From positions 558,500 through 590,499 of the forward strand of contig CP121690.1 in the NCBI GenBank assembly GCA_038396605.1: a DNA stretch of 32,000 nucleotides. The letters are read 5' to 3'. Below the pieces are notes generated by a model, which ran no database searches, had not been told where the DNA came from, and was given only the letters and a program-made list of their open reading frames with translations. Of this stretch, positions 9,602-17,721 are shown one piece after another. A program made the position numbers and the translations under genes. The number at the start of each line of letters is the position of its first letter. The first letter of the stretch is position 1. The stretch is from Eubacteriales bacterium mix99. GTDB taxonomy: Bacteria > Bacillota > Clostridia > Caldicoprobacterales > DTU083.

Positions 9602-9654
9602 CCGTTCACCCCATATTCTATCTGTCGCAAAAAGCGACTATTTTTACAATTAGT

Positions 9655-9683
9655 ACTATACATGGATTCCTGTCCATCGTCAA
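9655..9683 (-). promoter_or_regulatory. Sigma-70-type promoter for the pit-DUF47(-mscL) unit
   Basis: The minus strand reads TTGACG (9678-9683), a 17-nt spacer, then TATAGT (9655-9660), about 55 nt upstream of the pit ATG. Confidence 0.6.
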
Positions 9684-9697
9684 TATCGGCTTCCTGC

Positions 9698-9739
9698 GAA
9701 ACTCATTTCAGTTGGCTGGAAACTCATTTCAGTTGGCTG
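9698..9739. repeat. Perfect 21-bp tandem duplication spanning the metG stop codon
   Basis: GAAACTCATTTCAGTTGGCTG occurs twice back to back (9698-9718 and 9719-9739). The metG TGA stop (9724-9726) lies in the second copy. Confidence 0.95.
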
Positions 9740-11736
9740 GGATGTTTGGAGAAAAAGTCCACCCTGGGCTCCAGGGTTTTCAGCTTATGCCCTTCCGGCT
9801 GATCCATAAAGTCGTACACCGTATCAAAGATCCGGCTCCAGTCCCAGAACTCCTTCCGGAAGTTCAGATAGTCCCGTACCATCTCCGTCCCCTCCGGCGC
9901 AATGGGATGCATCAGCACAATGGATGTCCGAAGCATATGAAAAGCGTCCACAACGATCTGCATCCTGAGATCACTGTCATCTTTGTCCCTGACCTCCTTC
10001 ATTCCGCTGGCCCAGTACTTGTTGGCATTGCGGATATACGTATCCATGAGACTCATAACATTGTGAAACTCATACCGGTACATCAGTCTCTCATACTCCA
10101 GAATGGTCTCCCGGGATTCCTGCAGCACCGAGCCGCTTATTTTCCCTGCCGGAATCCGGCCATCATAATACTTCTGGGATGTATAGAAGCAGGATCTTGC
10201 CAGACGATTCAGCACGTTGGTGAGCAGGTTTCCTTCCTTGAGTACCGGATCACCGTCTCTCTCACCGGCCTTTGGATTCAGCGGTTTGGGCTGAAAACTG
10301 ACGCTGCGGATTCCGAGCCCCAGGCCCAGAAAATGAGCTCGCAGCTGTTCCGCCGTATAGTATTCCAGCAGGTCTTCCGCCATGGGAGGCTTTACCTTTC
10401 CGCTGCTGCTGGCTTTTTTGTTCAGGAACAGGATATGACTGTTGGCAACCAGACCGGGCAGCTGCAGTTGCCCCGGATCCGGATGAATGGACGGATTCTT
10501 TCCCTGGGTCGCCATAAACATGGCCATCTCCGCCAGACCATAGAAATAGATATTGTCCTCCCCAATAAACTGATAAACCTCTGCTTCCGGAGAGCACCAC
10601 CATTTTTTCCATTCCTCCGCGCCCCGGCCCTGCTTCTCCAGCCAGGCCCTGGTAAAGGAAATCGGGGCCCAGAGGGACTCCGGCCATACCCAGAACGTCA
10701 GGCCGTCGATGCCCTCCCGCTCCGGCGCCGGAACCCCCCAGTCAATGTTTCCCGTCAGACGGAAGGGAACCAGGGTCTTTCCCGTACGATAATGAACCCC
10801 GTGTTCCGTCAGAACCGCACAGGCCTTCTCCCGGTCCTTCAGATTGTGAAATTCCATGATGAAAGAAGGCTTTTTCTCCTCTTCCTCCACAGTATGATCC
10901 GGAATCCGGGCCTTGATGGATTCCACCTGCTCAAAAAACTCCTTTTTTACATAAATCACCGGCGGCCTGAGGAACTCTTCCAGGACCCGGATCAGCATGG
11001 GACGAGTATTGGAAGCCTTTTTCAGGGTATCCACCCATTCCTGCAGCAGTCCCCGGCAGTCTTCCAGATTGAAATACCAGTTGGTGACATCCCGCATATC
11101 GGGCTTCTTCCCCGATAACGTGCTGATGGGATGGATCAGCTCCGCCGGCATGTACTGATGGCCGAGGGAACATTCATCCGCATATCCCTTTTCCGAGCGG
11201 CATCCTTCAATGGGGCACTGCCCTTCCACCTGCCGTCCGTTCAGGAAAACACCCAGTTCGCTGTCATAGAACTGGGAAGTGGTGATTTTGGTCAGCCAGC
11301 CGTTCTGATAGAGCTTATCGAAAATTTCCCGGGATACCTGTCTGTGAATCTCCCGGGACCGGCCCAGCCCGGAACCGCCGTACAGATTCAGGCTGATATC
11401 ATATTCTTCCAAAGCCTTTTTTTGCAGATCGTGATTGTACTTTACAAATTCCTCCATTGACCCATGGAAAGCGCCCTCCTCCTTCAGTTTGCGGTAATTC
11501 TCCAGAATCGGTGATCCATAACAGTCCGTTCCGGAAACAAAAATCACATTGTCTTCCCCGATCCGATCCCGCAGGAACCGGGCAAAGGCATCCGCATGGA
11601 CAAACACACCACCGATATGGCCAAAGTGCAGTTCCTTGTTGCCATAGGGCATTCCGCCCGTGATCACCGCCCGTTTCGGAAAAACAGGCCGGGCGGCTGC
11701 CCCTGCCTTCTCCTGTATCGTTTTTCTGTCTGCCAT
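9724..11736 (-). CDS. metG: Methionine--tRNA ligase family protein (divergent)
   Basis: Class I HIGH motif (PYGNKELHFGH). MetRS-type zinc knuckle CPIEGC...DECSLGH followed by PAELIHPIS.LSGKKP. WGVP...FWVWPE and FIGEDNIYFY blocks are present, and the C-terminus is MetRS-like (HPIAPEGTE). The KMSKS position reads KASSS. The RBS is ACAGGAGGAG. Confidence 0.85.
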   Translation of the reverse strand: MADRKTIQEKAGAAARPVFPKRAVITGGMPYGNKELHFGHIGGVFVHADAFARFLRDRIGEDNVIFVSGTDCYGSPILENYRKLKEEGAFHGSMEEFVKYNHDLQKKALEEYDISLNLYGGSGLGRSREIHRQVSREIFDKLYQNGWLTKITTSQFYDSELGVFLNGRQVEGQCPIEGCRSEKGYADECSLGHQYMPAELIHPISTLSGKKPDMRDVTNWYFNLEDCRGLLQEWVDTLKKASNTRPMLIRVLEEFLRPPVIYVKKEFFEQVESIKARIPDHTVEEEEKKPSFIMEFHNLKDREKACAVLTEHGVHYRTGKTLVPFRLTGNIDWGVPAPEREGIDGLTFWVWPESLWAPISFTRAWLEKQGRGAEEWKKWWCSPEAEVYQFIGEDNIYFYGLAEMAMFMATQGKNPSIHPDPGQLQLPGLVANSHILFLNKKASSSGKVKPPMAEDLLEYYTAEQLRAHFLGLGLGIRSVSFQPKPLNPKAGERDGDPVLKEGNLLTNVLNRLARSCFYTSQKYYDGRIPAGKISGSVLQESRETILEYERLMYRYEFHNVMSLMDTYIRNANKYWASGMKEVRDKDDSDLRMQIVVDAFHMLRTSIVLMHPIAPEGTEMVRDYLNFRKEFWDWSRIFDTVYDFMDQPEGHKLKTLEPRVDFFSKHPSQLK

Positions 11737-11751
11737 CTAAAATCTCTCCTC

Positions 11752-11786
11752 CTGTATCTTTCAACTTCTGTATCTTTCAACTTCTG
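11752..11786. repeat. 16-bp tandem repeat (2.2 copies) in the metG 5' UTR
   Basis: CTGTATCTTTCAACTT occurs twice and is followed by CTG. The repeat lies between the T-box terminator and the metG RBS. Confidence 0.95.
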
Positions 11787-11864
11787 CTGTTGCCTTGCCG
11801 TTCTTTTGTCTCACCATTGATTCTGCATCAATCCCGGGAAAAGCATACCGTATCGTTTCTTCAC

Positions 11865-12185
11865 CCAAAGAAAAAAGCCTCCGTCTCAGAATTTTTTCCT
11901 GAGGACGAAAGCTCCCGCTTCGCGTTGCCACCCCTGTTTGCCGATATGTCGCCATACTGGTCTCTGCCGGTATCCGTCTTTCCATATCCATACCGTTGTT
12001 CCGTAACGGGGAATACCGTCATAGCATCCATCCATACCCTTTGTCATCCAATATCCCTCTGACTCAGGCATGGAAATCCGTATGCCGCTCCGAGGCTTGG
12101 TTTGGAAAAGCGCCATGCCCCTTTTCACCATTGGGGCTCTCTGTGGATGGAAGACTTTTCCTACTCTTCTCTTCATCGCATTTGC
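11865..12185 (-). promoter_or_regulatory. T-box riboswitch leader upstream of metG
   Basis: The minus-strand RNA starts with UGCGAUGAAGAGAAGAGUA (GA/K-turn plus AGUA, from 12180). It then shows the helix GGAAAAG/CUUUUCC, an AGAGAG bulge, and a distal hairpin GCCCC-AAUGGUGAAAA-GGGGC. The T-box core GGGUGGCAACGCG lies at 11921-11934. A roughly 14-bp terminator hairpin (11876-11913) is followed by U6. Confidence 0.85.
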
Positions 12186-12273
12186 ATTTATTCTGCTTTC
12201 ATTGCACCGGTTCGTTTTCCGCGCCGGCTCAACATGCCGGATCAGATTTGTTTCCAAATCACCCTTGCATTAT

Positions 12274-12302
12274 ATCGTATCATAATTCCCTTCCCCTGTA
12301 AA
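12274..12302 (-). promoter_or_regulatory. Candidate promoter of the metG leader
   Basis: The minus strand reads TTTACA (12297-12302), a 17-nt spacer, then TACGAT (12274-12279) with a TG at the extended -10 position. It sits about 95 nt upstream of Stem I. Confidence 0.4.
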
Positions 12303-12326
12303 TGAAGATTCTGTCAAACCGCTCAT

Positions 12327-13055
12327 TTATCCATTCCGGTATTGATTCCGGAAATCTGCCGGCGTCTCCCCCTTCAACTTTTTGAACACCCGATAAAAAT
12401 ACTGGTTGTCGTGGTATCCCACCCGGCAGGAGATATTGCAAATCGGTTCGTCCGACTTTCGCAGCAGGTAACAGGCCGCCTCGATTCGGATCCCTGTCAG
12501 GTACTGTGTCAGGGTTTCGCCGGTTGCCTTTCGGAAGATACCGGATAAATAATTGGGATGAACGGAAACATGCGCCGCAATGTCCTTCACTGTGATATCC
12601 CTGCCATAGTTGCCGGCAATATATTCCCTGGCCCCGGAGATAATGTCCCGCCCGGAAGTCTGCTGCTGCCCGGCCTCCGAAGGAAGGACCTCCTGCAGGA
12701 CCTTCTGCAGGATGGAAACCAGATCATAATCGGTGATCGGCTTCAGAATATACCCTTCCGCACCCAGATTGATAGCCTTTTGGGCATATCGGAATTCCGA
12801 GTACCCGCTTATGATAACAAACCGGGTGCCAAACTGATTCCGGTTGTCCCATTCCATGAGCTCCAGACCATCCAGCCTGGGCATAATGATATCGGTGATC
12901 GCAATGCGCGGCCTCTTTTCCTCTATCAGATTTTTCGCCTCAAGGCCATCGCCGGCTTCGTATATATCGTCAAAATGAAGACCGCTTTTCTTCAGTTTGG
13001 CGATAATTCCTTTTCGTATCCATTTTTCATCGTCGGCAATCAACAGATCCGACAT
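12327..13055 (-). CDS. Response regulator with AraC-type HTH output domain (YesN-like)
   Basis: The N-terminal receiver reads LLIADDE...ITDIIMP...KP. The C-terminus is an AraC/XylS HTH (ETLTQYLTGIRIEAACYLL...VGYHDNQYFYRVFKK). I place the start at the ATG at 13055, behind GAAGGAGG, rather than at the track start 13097. Confidence 0.9.
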   Translation of the reverse strand: MSDLLIADDEKWIRKGIIAKLKKSGLHFDDIYEAGDGLEAKNLIEEKRPRIAITDIIMPRLDGLELMEWDNRNQFGTRFVIISGYSEFRYAQKAINLGAEGYILKPITDYDLVSILQKVLQEVLPSEAGQQQTSGRDIISGAREYIAGNYGRDITVKDIAAHVSVHPNYLSGIFRKATGETLTQYLTGIRIEAACYLLRKSDEPICNISCRVGYHDNQYFYRVFKKLKGETPADFRNQYRNG

Positions 13056-13072
13056 TTTCCTGCCTCCTTCGT

Positions 13073-14842
13073 TTATTCTGCCGGGAGACGGATCCACACT
13101 TCCGTCCCCTTCCCTTCCTGACTTTTCATCTGTATTCCGTAAGCCTCTCCGCAGCAGAGCTGAATCCGCCTGTTGATGTTGTAAAGCCCGATTCCCGTAT
13201 CCGTCCTGGCAGAGGCGATCCCTGTCTCCTGGCTATGGATGGAACGATTGATGTCGTCCAGCCTTTCCTTCGCAATCCCCTGCCCGTTGTCCTGAACCAG
13301 GATACACAAATAGGAATCCTTCCGTTCCGCATGGATGACAACGCAGCCGTCTGTTTTGTCCCGAAAGCCGTGCCGGAACGCATTTCCCACCAGAGGCTGA
13401 AGAATAAAACGCGGGACCCTGCATTCAAGAAGATCCTGCGAAACTTCTATTTTCACTTTTATTTTATCCTCAAACCGGACTTTTTCAATCGAAGTATAAT
13501 TCTGTATGTGCTCGATTTCCTCCCGCAGGGTGGCAAAGTCCGAATCTGAACCGGACATGTTATAACGGAACATCTGGCCCAGGTTCTGGCTTATCTTTCC
13601 GATATCGTCGCAGCCATATACCGAGGCCATGGAATTGATCAACTCCAGGGTATTGTAAAGAAAGTGAGGATTGATCTGAAAGCGGAGTGCCCTGAGCTCT
13701 GCTTCCTTTCTCTCTATATTCTGCACATAGTTCTCATTAATCAATTTGTGGAGCCGGACGATCATATTGTTGAAATCATGGTCGATCTCCGCAATCTCAT
13801 CCCTGCCCGTTACAACAGGCTGTGTTGCAAAAGCCCCGGATTTAACCTTTTCCATCTTATCCGTCAGAACCTTCAGCCTCGCGGACATGGATGCGGAGAA
13901 AAGAATACAGATCATGAAAAGGATAATATAGAGGGTCAGACTCATGATAAAAATGGACATGGTGGCTTCCCTCACCTGTTGACGGATGGCGCCGTAATCA
14001 AACAGCAAAAGGACAGACCAGCCGTATCTCGCTATTTTTTGATTCAGGATCCGATATTCCCTTCCATCAATCTCCACATGATTTTCCCCATGGGACCATG
14101 CATTTTCTATCATTTCCTTTTTGTTCTTCCAGTCATACAAATCCCCTGTCCCATATAACGGATCCCTGTTTTGATCCACTATGGCGAGATTCACATTCTC
14201 ACTGACCGCCGGAATATTGGTCAGTGCAAAAAAATTGGAAACAAAAGTGTCCAGCCGGGCCAACCCAAGGATATTGTCCGGTGCATATCGGTCCGTGTCC
14301 CTTATCACCGCATAAAAGGAAATCACTTTTCGGTCTGCCCAGTCCCGGCGAACATAAAAATTGGTCTTATTGCCCGTATCCAGCATCGATTGAATCCAGG
14401 AGCGATCATCCAGCCGATCCACATTCCCGATATGGCTGTGATACAGAACCGCTCGATTGCCGAGAGGATACAGGGTAAGTTCGTTTAATCCGGCAACAAA
14501 CTTATCGGACAGGTACTTGTTGACATCTTCCAGCAAGGTCACTCTGGCTTCCCGCACCTCATCCGGATTCTTCACCTGCTGCAGGAACGTCAGAAAATCC
14601 TGCACCAGATTATTGGAGGATATTTCTCCCATAATGTTGTCATAGAGTGCCAGCTTATATTCCACATTACTCACGTACTGCTGTATTAAGTGCTGATAGG
14701 ATGCAACGACTTCATCCTCCACTGTTTGCCTTATTTTATTGTAAAAGACCGTGTTGATGATAATCATTGGAATAAATGAGATTACTGTCGTAAAAATAAA
14801 TATTTTATAGGCTATTTTAAATCCATATTTTCGTTTTTTCAT
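13073..14842 (-). CDS. Sensor histidine kinase (YesM/LytS-type, His_kinase PF06580-like)
   Basis: Two TM segments flank an extracytoplasmic domain of about 270 aa. A HAMP-like linker follows, then the FQINPHFLYNTL H-box and an HATPase_c region (DNGQGI...GIGLYN). Confidence 0.9.
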   Translation of the reverse strand: MKKRKYGFKIAYKIFIFTTVISFIPMIIINTVFYNKIRQTVEDEVVASYQHLIQQYVSNVEYKLALYDNIMGEISSNNLVQDFLTFLQQVKNPDEVREARVTLLEDVNKYLSDKFVAGLNELTLYPLGNRAVLYHSHIGNVDRLDDRSWIQSMLDTGNKTNFYVRRDWADRKVISFYAVIRDTDRYAPDNILGLARLDTFVSNFFALTNIPAVSENVNLAIVDQNRDPLYGTGDLYDWKNKKEMIENAWSHGENHVEIDGREYRILNQKIARYGWSVLLLFDYGAIRQQVREATMSIFIMSLTLYIILFMICILFSASMSARLKVLTDKMEKVKSGAFATQPVVTGRDEIAEIDHDFNNMIVRLHKLINENYVQNIERKEAELRALRFQINPHFLYNTLELINSMASVYGCDDIGKISQNLGQMFRYNMSGSDSDFATLREEIEHIQNYTSIEKVRFEDKIKVKIEVSQDLLECRVPRFILQPLVGNAFRHGFRDKTDGCVVIHAERKDSYLCILVQDNGQGIAKERLDDINRSIHSQETGIASARTDTGIGLYNINRRIQLCCGEAYGIQMKSQEGKGTEVWIRLPAE

Positions 14843-14943
14843 AATGGTTCATCCCCGCTTCTCCATTGAAGTTCCAATAGCCTCTCAGGAATATCCGCCT
14901 TTTCCGCCTGTCCGTTCCCAGCACTTTACTGCTTTACAATTCC

Positions 14944-14972
14944 ATTATAGTATGCAGGCCGGTTCAATTCAA
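14944..14972 (-). promoter_or_regulatory. Sigma-70-type promoter of the kinase/regulator operon
   Basis: The minus strand reads TTGAAT (14967-14972), a 17-nt spacer, then TATAAT (14944-14949). Confidence 0.6.
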
Positions 14973-14987
14973 TAGGATGATATTGGT

Positions 14988-15033
14988 AAAAAAACCAAAA
15001 AGAAAGGGAAGGCATGAACTAACCATACCTTCC
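14988..15033 (-). terminator. Intrinsic terminator after the solute-binding protein gene
   Basis: On the minus strand, GGAAGGTATG-N7-CATGCCTTCC forms a 10-bp stem with one G-U pair. It is followed by CTTTCTTTTTGGTTTTTTT. Confidence 0.75.
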
Positions 15034-15055
15034 GATGCTTTCTCAGGTCAGAATA

Positions 15056-16720
15056 TCAATACCGGACGTCTTTCACCTTCGGAATTTCCTTCTGCATATA
15101 CTCTATAAATTTATCCAGGCCTGCATCCTTCAGCTTTTTCCGGTAATCGTTCAATATTTTCAGTGCGCCTTCATCCGTGTCCTCAAAGGTCGCTCTCATA
15201 AACTCCTTGCCATAATCCAGCGCTGCAGTATTGCTTTCATATTCCTGCCGGTCCGGATAATCCCTGGCGATAAAGTTGGCATTGGTGCCATCGTAAAACT
15301 CCAAAGGAGTCACTTCCTTTGCCTTCTCATAATCGGGATCCTCTTTTTCAGGCCACCAGCCCTTTCTGGGATCGGCTCCGACAAAGTTGTCGCCAAATAC
15401 CAGGCCTTCGTTCACGTAGGCTGTCATGTCATTTTCTTTCTTGTCCTGCCACTCGTCCGTACGCTGGGGCTTGTCGTCCACCATGTTGTAATGAACGCCT
15501 TCGATTCCGAAGGTTACCAGCTTCAGGCCTTCATCGCTGTTGATATAATCAATGAACTCCAATGCCTTTTCCGGATTCTTGCATTTGCTGCTCAGAAAGA
15601 TCGCGGGAGAACCTGTCCGGCCTCTGGATTCCTTGGCTGTCACCTGCTTGCCGTCCGCATCCAGGAACGGACCCACTGGAACATATTTCATTTCCGGATT
15701 GGTCTTATACAAAGTCTGCCTCATGAAATCCCTCAGGTTGGGATAATGGCCGTTCAGTACCGCCACTCTGCCGGTGGCGATCTTTTCCTTCGCTACCGTG
15801 TCCGTCTGGGTATAGGCTTCCGGATCAAACAATCCTTCTGAAACCAGCTTTCTCATGAACAAAACCTTTTTATCCTCCATGGGGTCAAAGATCCAGTGGG
15901 TAATTTTTCCGTCCAGATTTCTCCAGTCTGAAACGGTATCCCTGCTGAAGGATCTCATAAAATCGCTGTAGTTCCAGCCATTTCCCCATGTGCCGGCTGT
16001 GATCACGGGTTTGCCGTTGATATCCTTGAACCCACCGCTTTTAATCTGTTTCATCAATTCGTACAGCTTTTCCGAGCTGTCAATGCTCTCCGGCTCTACA
16101 CTCAGGTCCTTCAGAATATCCTGCCGCACCCAAACGTTATAGGCCCATTGGGTCACATCGGCATCGGTTCTGGGAGTCTGCTGGGGAATAATATAATGCT
16201 TGCCGTTATAATCCGGATGTTCCAGATCATATTTCTTGTAGGATTCGGAAACGCCTTCCGTCATCATTCTCTTTACGTTGGGATATTTGTCCATATAGGG
16301 ATCCAGCTCCAGAACCAATCCCTCGGTGGCAGCCTTTCGGATGAAATCTCCCGAACTGCCCGGATTGGTGTCCCAATAAGGAGCGTTTACGATGTCGGGA
16401 ACTTCACCGGATCCGAAAATCGTACTCAGCTTTTCCCCTTCGTCCGTGGTAATGGTCTGCACATTGAGGGTCACTCCGGTCTTTTTGGCCAGTTCCTTTG
16501 AAATCGGATTGTTTTTCATATCCTCCGGAAATTGGGAGGATGCGCCATTCCAGCACATCAGGAAATCCAGCGTGACCTGTTCCTTTCCGCCTTTTGCCGT
16601 TTTGGATCCTCCGCCATTGGATGTTTTCCCGTTTTCCTTGCTGCCGCAGCCGGTAAAAGCTGTCAGTGCAAAAAGACAGGCCAGACAAAGGACCAAAAAC
16701 CGTTTTCGCCGTGAATTCAT
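15056..16720 (-). CDS. Extracellular solute-binding lipoprotein of a carbohydrate ABC transporter (LplA-like)
   Basis: Signal peptide with a lipobox (LTAFTGC). The protein is about 550 aa, the size of large SBP family 1 proteins. I place the start at the ATG at 16720 behind AAAGGGGA. The track start at 16753 has no RBS. Confidence 0.88.
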   Translation of the reverse strand: MNSRRKRFLVLCLACLFALTAFTGCGSKENGKTSNGGGSKTAKGGKEQVTLDFLMCWNGASSQFPEDMKNNPISKELAKKTGVTLNVQTITTDEGEKLSTIFGSGEVPDIVNAPYWDTNPGSSGDFIRKAATEGLVLELDPYMDKYPNVKRMMTEGVSESYKKYDLEHPDYNGKHYIIPQQTPRTDADVTQWAYNVWVRQDILKDLSVEPESIDSSEKLYELMKQIKSGGFKDINGKPVITAGTWGNGWNYSDFMRSFSRDTVSDWRNLDGKITHWIFDPMEDKKVLFMRKLVSEGLFDPEAYTQTDTVAKEKIATGRVAVLNGHYPNLRDFMRQTLYKTNPEMKYVPVGPFLDADGKQVTAKESRGRTGSPAIFLSSKCKNPEKALEFIDYINSDEGLKLVTFGIEGVHYNMVDDKPQRTDEWQDKKENDMTAYVNEGLVFGDNFVGADPRKGWWPEKEDPDYEKAKEVTPLEFYDGTNANFIARDYPDRQEYESNTAALDYGKEFMRATFEDTDEGALKILNDYRKKLKDAGLDKFIEYMQKEIPKVKDVRY

Positions 16721-16793
16721 GATTGAAATCCCCTTTCTTTTTTTGATATTCATTGGATAGCATTGCCTGTGATGACGATTTCACCTGCCGTGT

Positions 16794-17708
16794 TCACTCC
16801 TTGATGGATCCGATCATAACTCCTTTCACAAAATATTTTTGTAAAAAGGGATAGATGCATAATATGGGAACTGTAAGAATAATCAGGAATGTCATTCTCA
16901 GGGCTTCCGGAGTCACATTACTGTTCTGGCGAATGGACTCATTTATATTTTCAAACCCATTTGCTCCTGCTGAACTCTCAAAACTTGCTTCACTCAGAAG
17001 CTTGTTCAGCAGGGTCGCCGCAGAAACCAGTTCGGCTTTGTTGATAAAATACTCACCGGTAAACCAGTCATTCCAGCTTCCCACTCCGACAAACAGGGAA
17101 ATGGTGGCCAGAACCGGCATGGACAGCGGCAGAATGATCCGGAAAAATGTCTGCAGTTCACTGCATCCGTCAATCTCTGCCGCTTCGGATAAACTGTCGG
17201 GTATGCCGTCAAAATAGGTTTTCATGACAATTGCATTATAGAAATTGTACAAACCCGGCAGCACATAAATCCAGAAGTTGTTGAGAAGATTCATTTTCCG
17301 GTATATCACATATTTGGGGATCAGTCCGGCGCCGAACAGCATGGTAAAATAGAAGAACATCACAAAGTATTTCCGCCCGGGCATCCCTTTCTTGGACAGG
17401 GCATATGCCAGCATAGCCGTCAAAAATACGGACAGGACCACGGAAAGGACTGTCCGTGCAATCGATATCTGGAAAGCACTGGATATGTTGGGGTTCTGAA
17501 ACGCCTTATAGTAATTGTCCAGAGTGAATTTCCTCGGCCAGAAGTAAATCCCCCCTTTCAATGCATCATTCCCGTCGTTAAAGGACAGCACCAAAGCATA
17601 AATAAAGGGATATAACGTGGTGAAGCCCAGAATCGACAGCAGCAGATAATTGATCCCGTCGAAAATCCGATCGCCTATTGTTCGTCTGTAACCGGCTGCT
17701 TTTTCCAT
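16794..17708 (-). CDS. Carbohydrate ABC transporter permease (LplC/YtcP-like)
   Basis: 304-aa six-TM protein with the EAA-type loop (SLSEAAEIDGCSELQTFFRIILP). The RBS is GAAGGAGGGG. Confidence 0.9.
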   Translation of the reverse strand: MEKAAGYRRTIGDRIFDGINYLLLSILGFTTLYPFIYALVLSFNDGNDALKGGIYFWPRKFTLDNYYKAFQNPNISSAFQISIARTVLSVVLSVFLTAMLAYALSKKGMPGRKYFVMFFYFTMLFGAGLIPKYVIYRKMNLLNNFWIYVLPGLYNFYNAIVMKTYFDGIPDSLSEAAEIDGCSELQTFFRIILPLSMPVLATISLFVGVGSWNDWFTGEYFINKAELVSAATLLNKLLSEASFESSAGANGFENINESIRQNSNVTPEALRMTFLIILTVPILCIYPFLQKYFVKGVMIGSIKE

Positions 17709-17721
17709 GCCTTCCCCTCCT

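Noticed and set aside
9698-11786. The two perfect tandem repeats considered as a CRISPR array or minisatellite.
   Set aside because: Each has only about two copies with no spacers, and the units are unrelated to each other. They are simple tandem duplications.
13056-13097. Longer track ORF starts for several genes: 13097 (regulator), 16753 (solute-binding protein), 18732 and 28062 (permeases), 27203 (permease) and 20615 (AKR).
   Set aside because: Each extension overlaps the upstream gene or lacks a Shine-Dalgarno sequence. An internal ATG with a strong GGAGG-type RBS gives a family-typical N-terminus.
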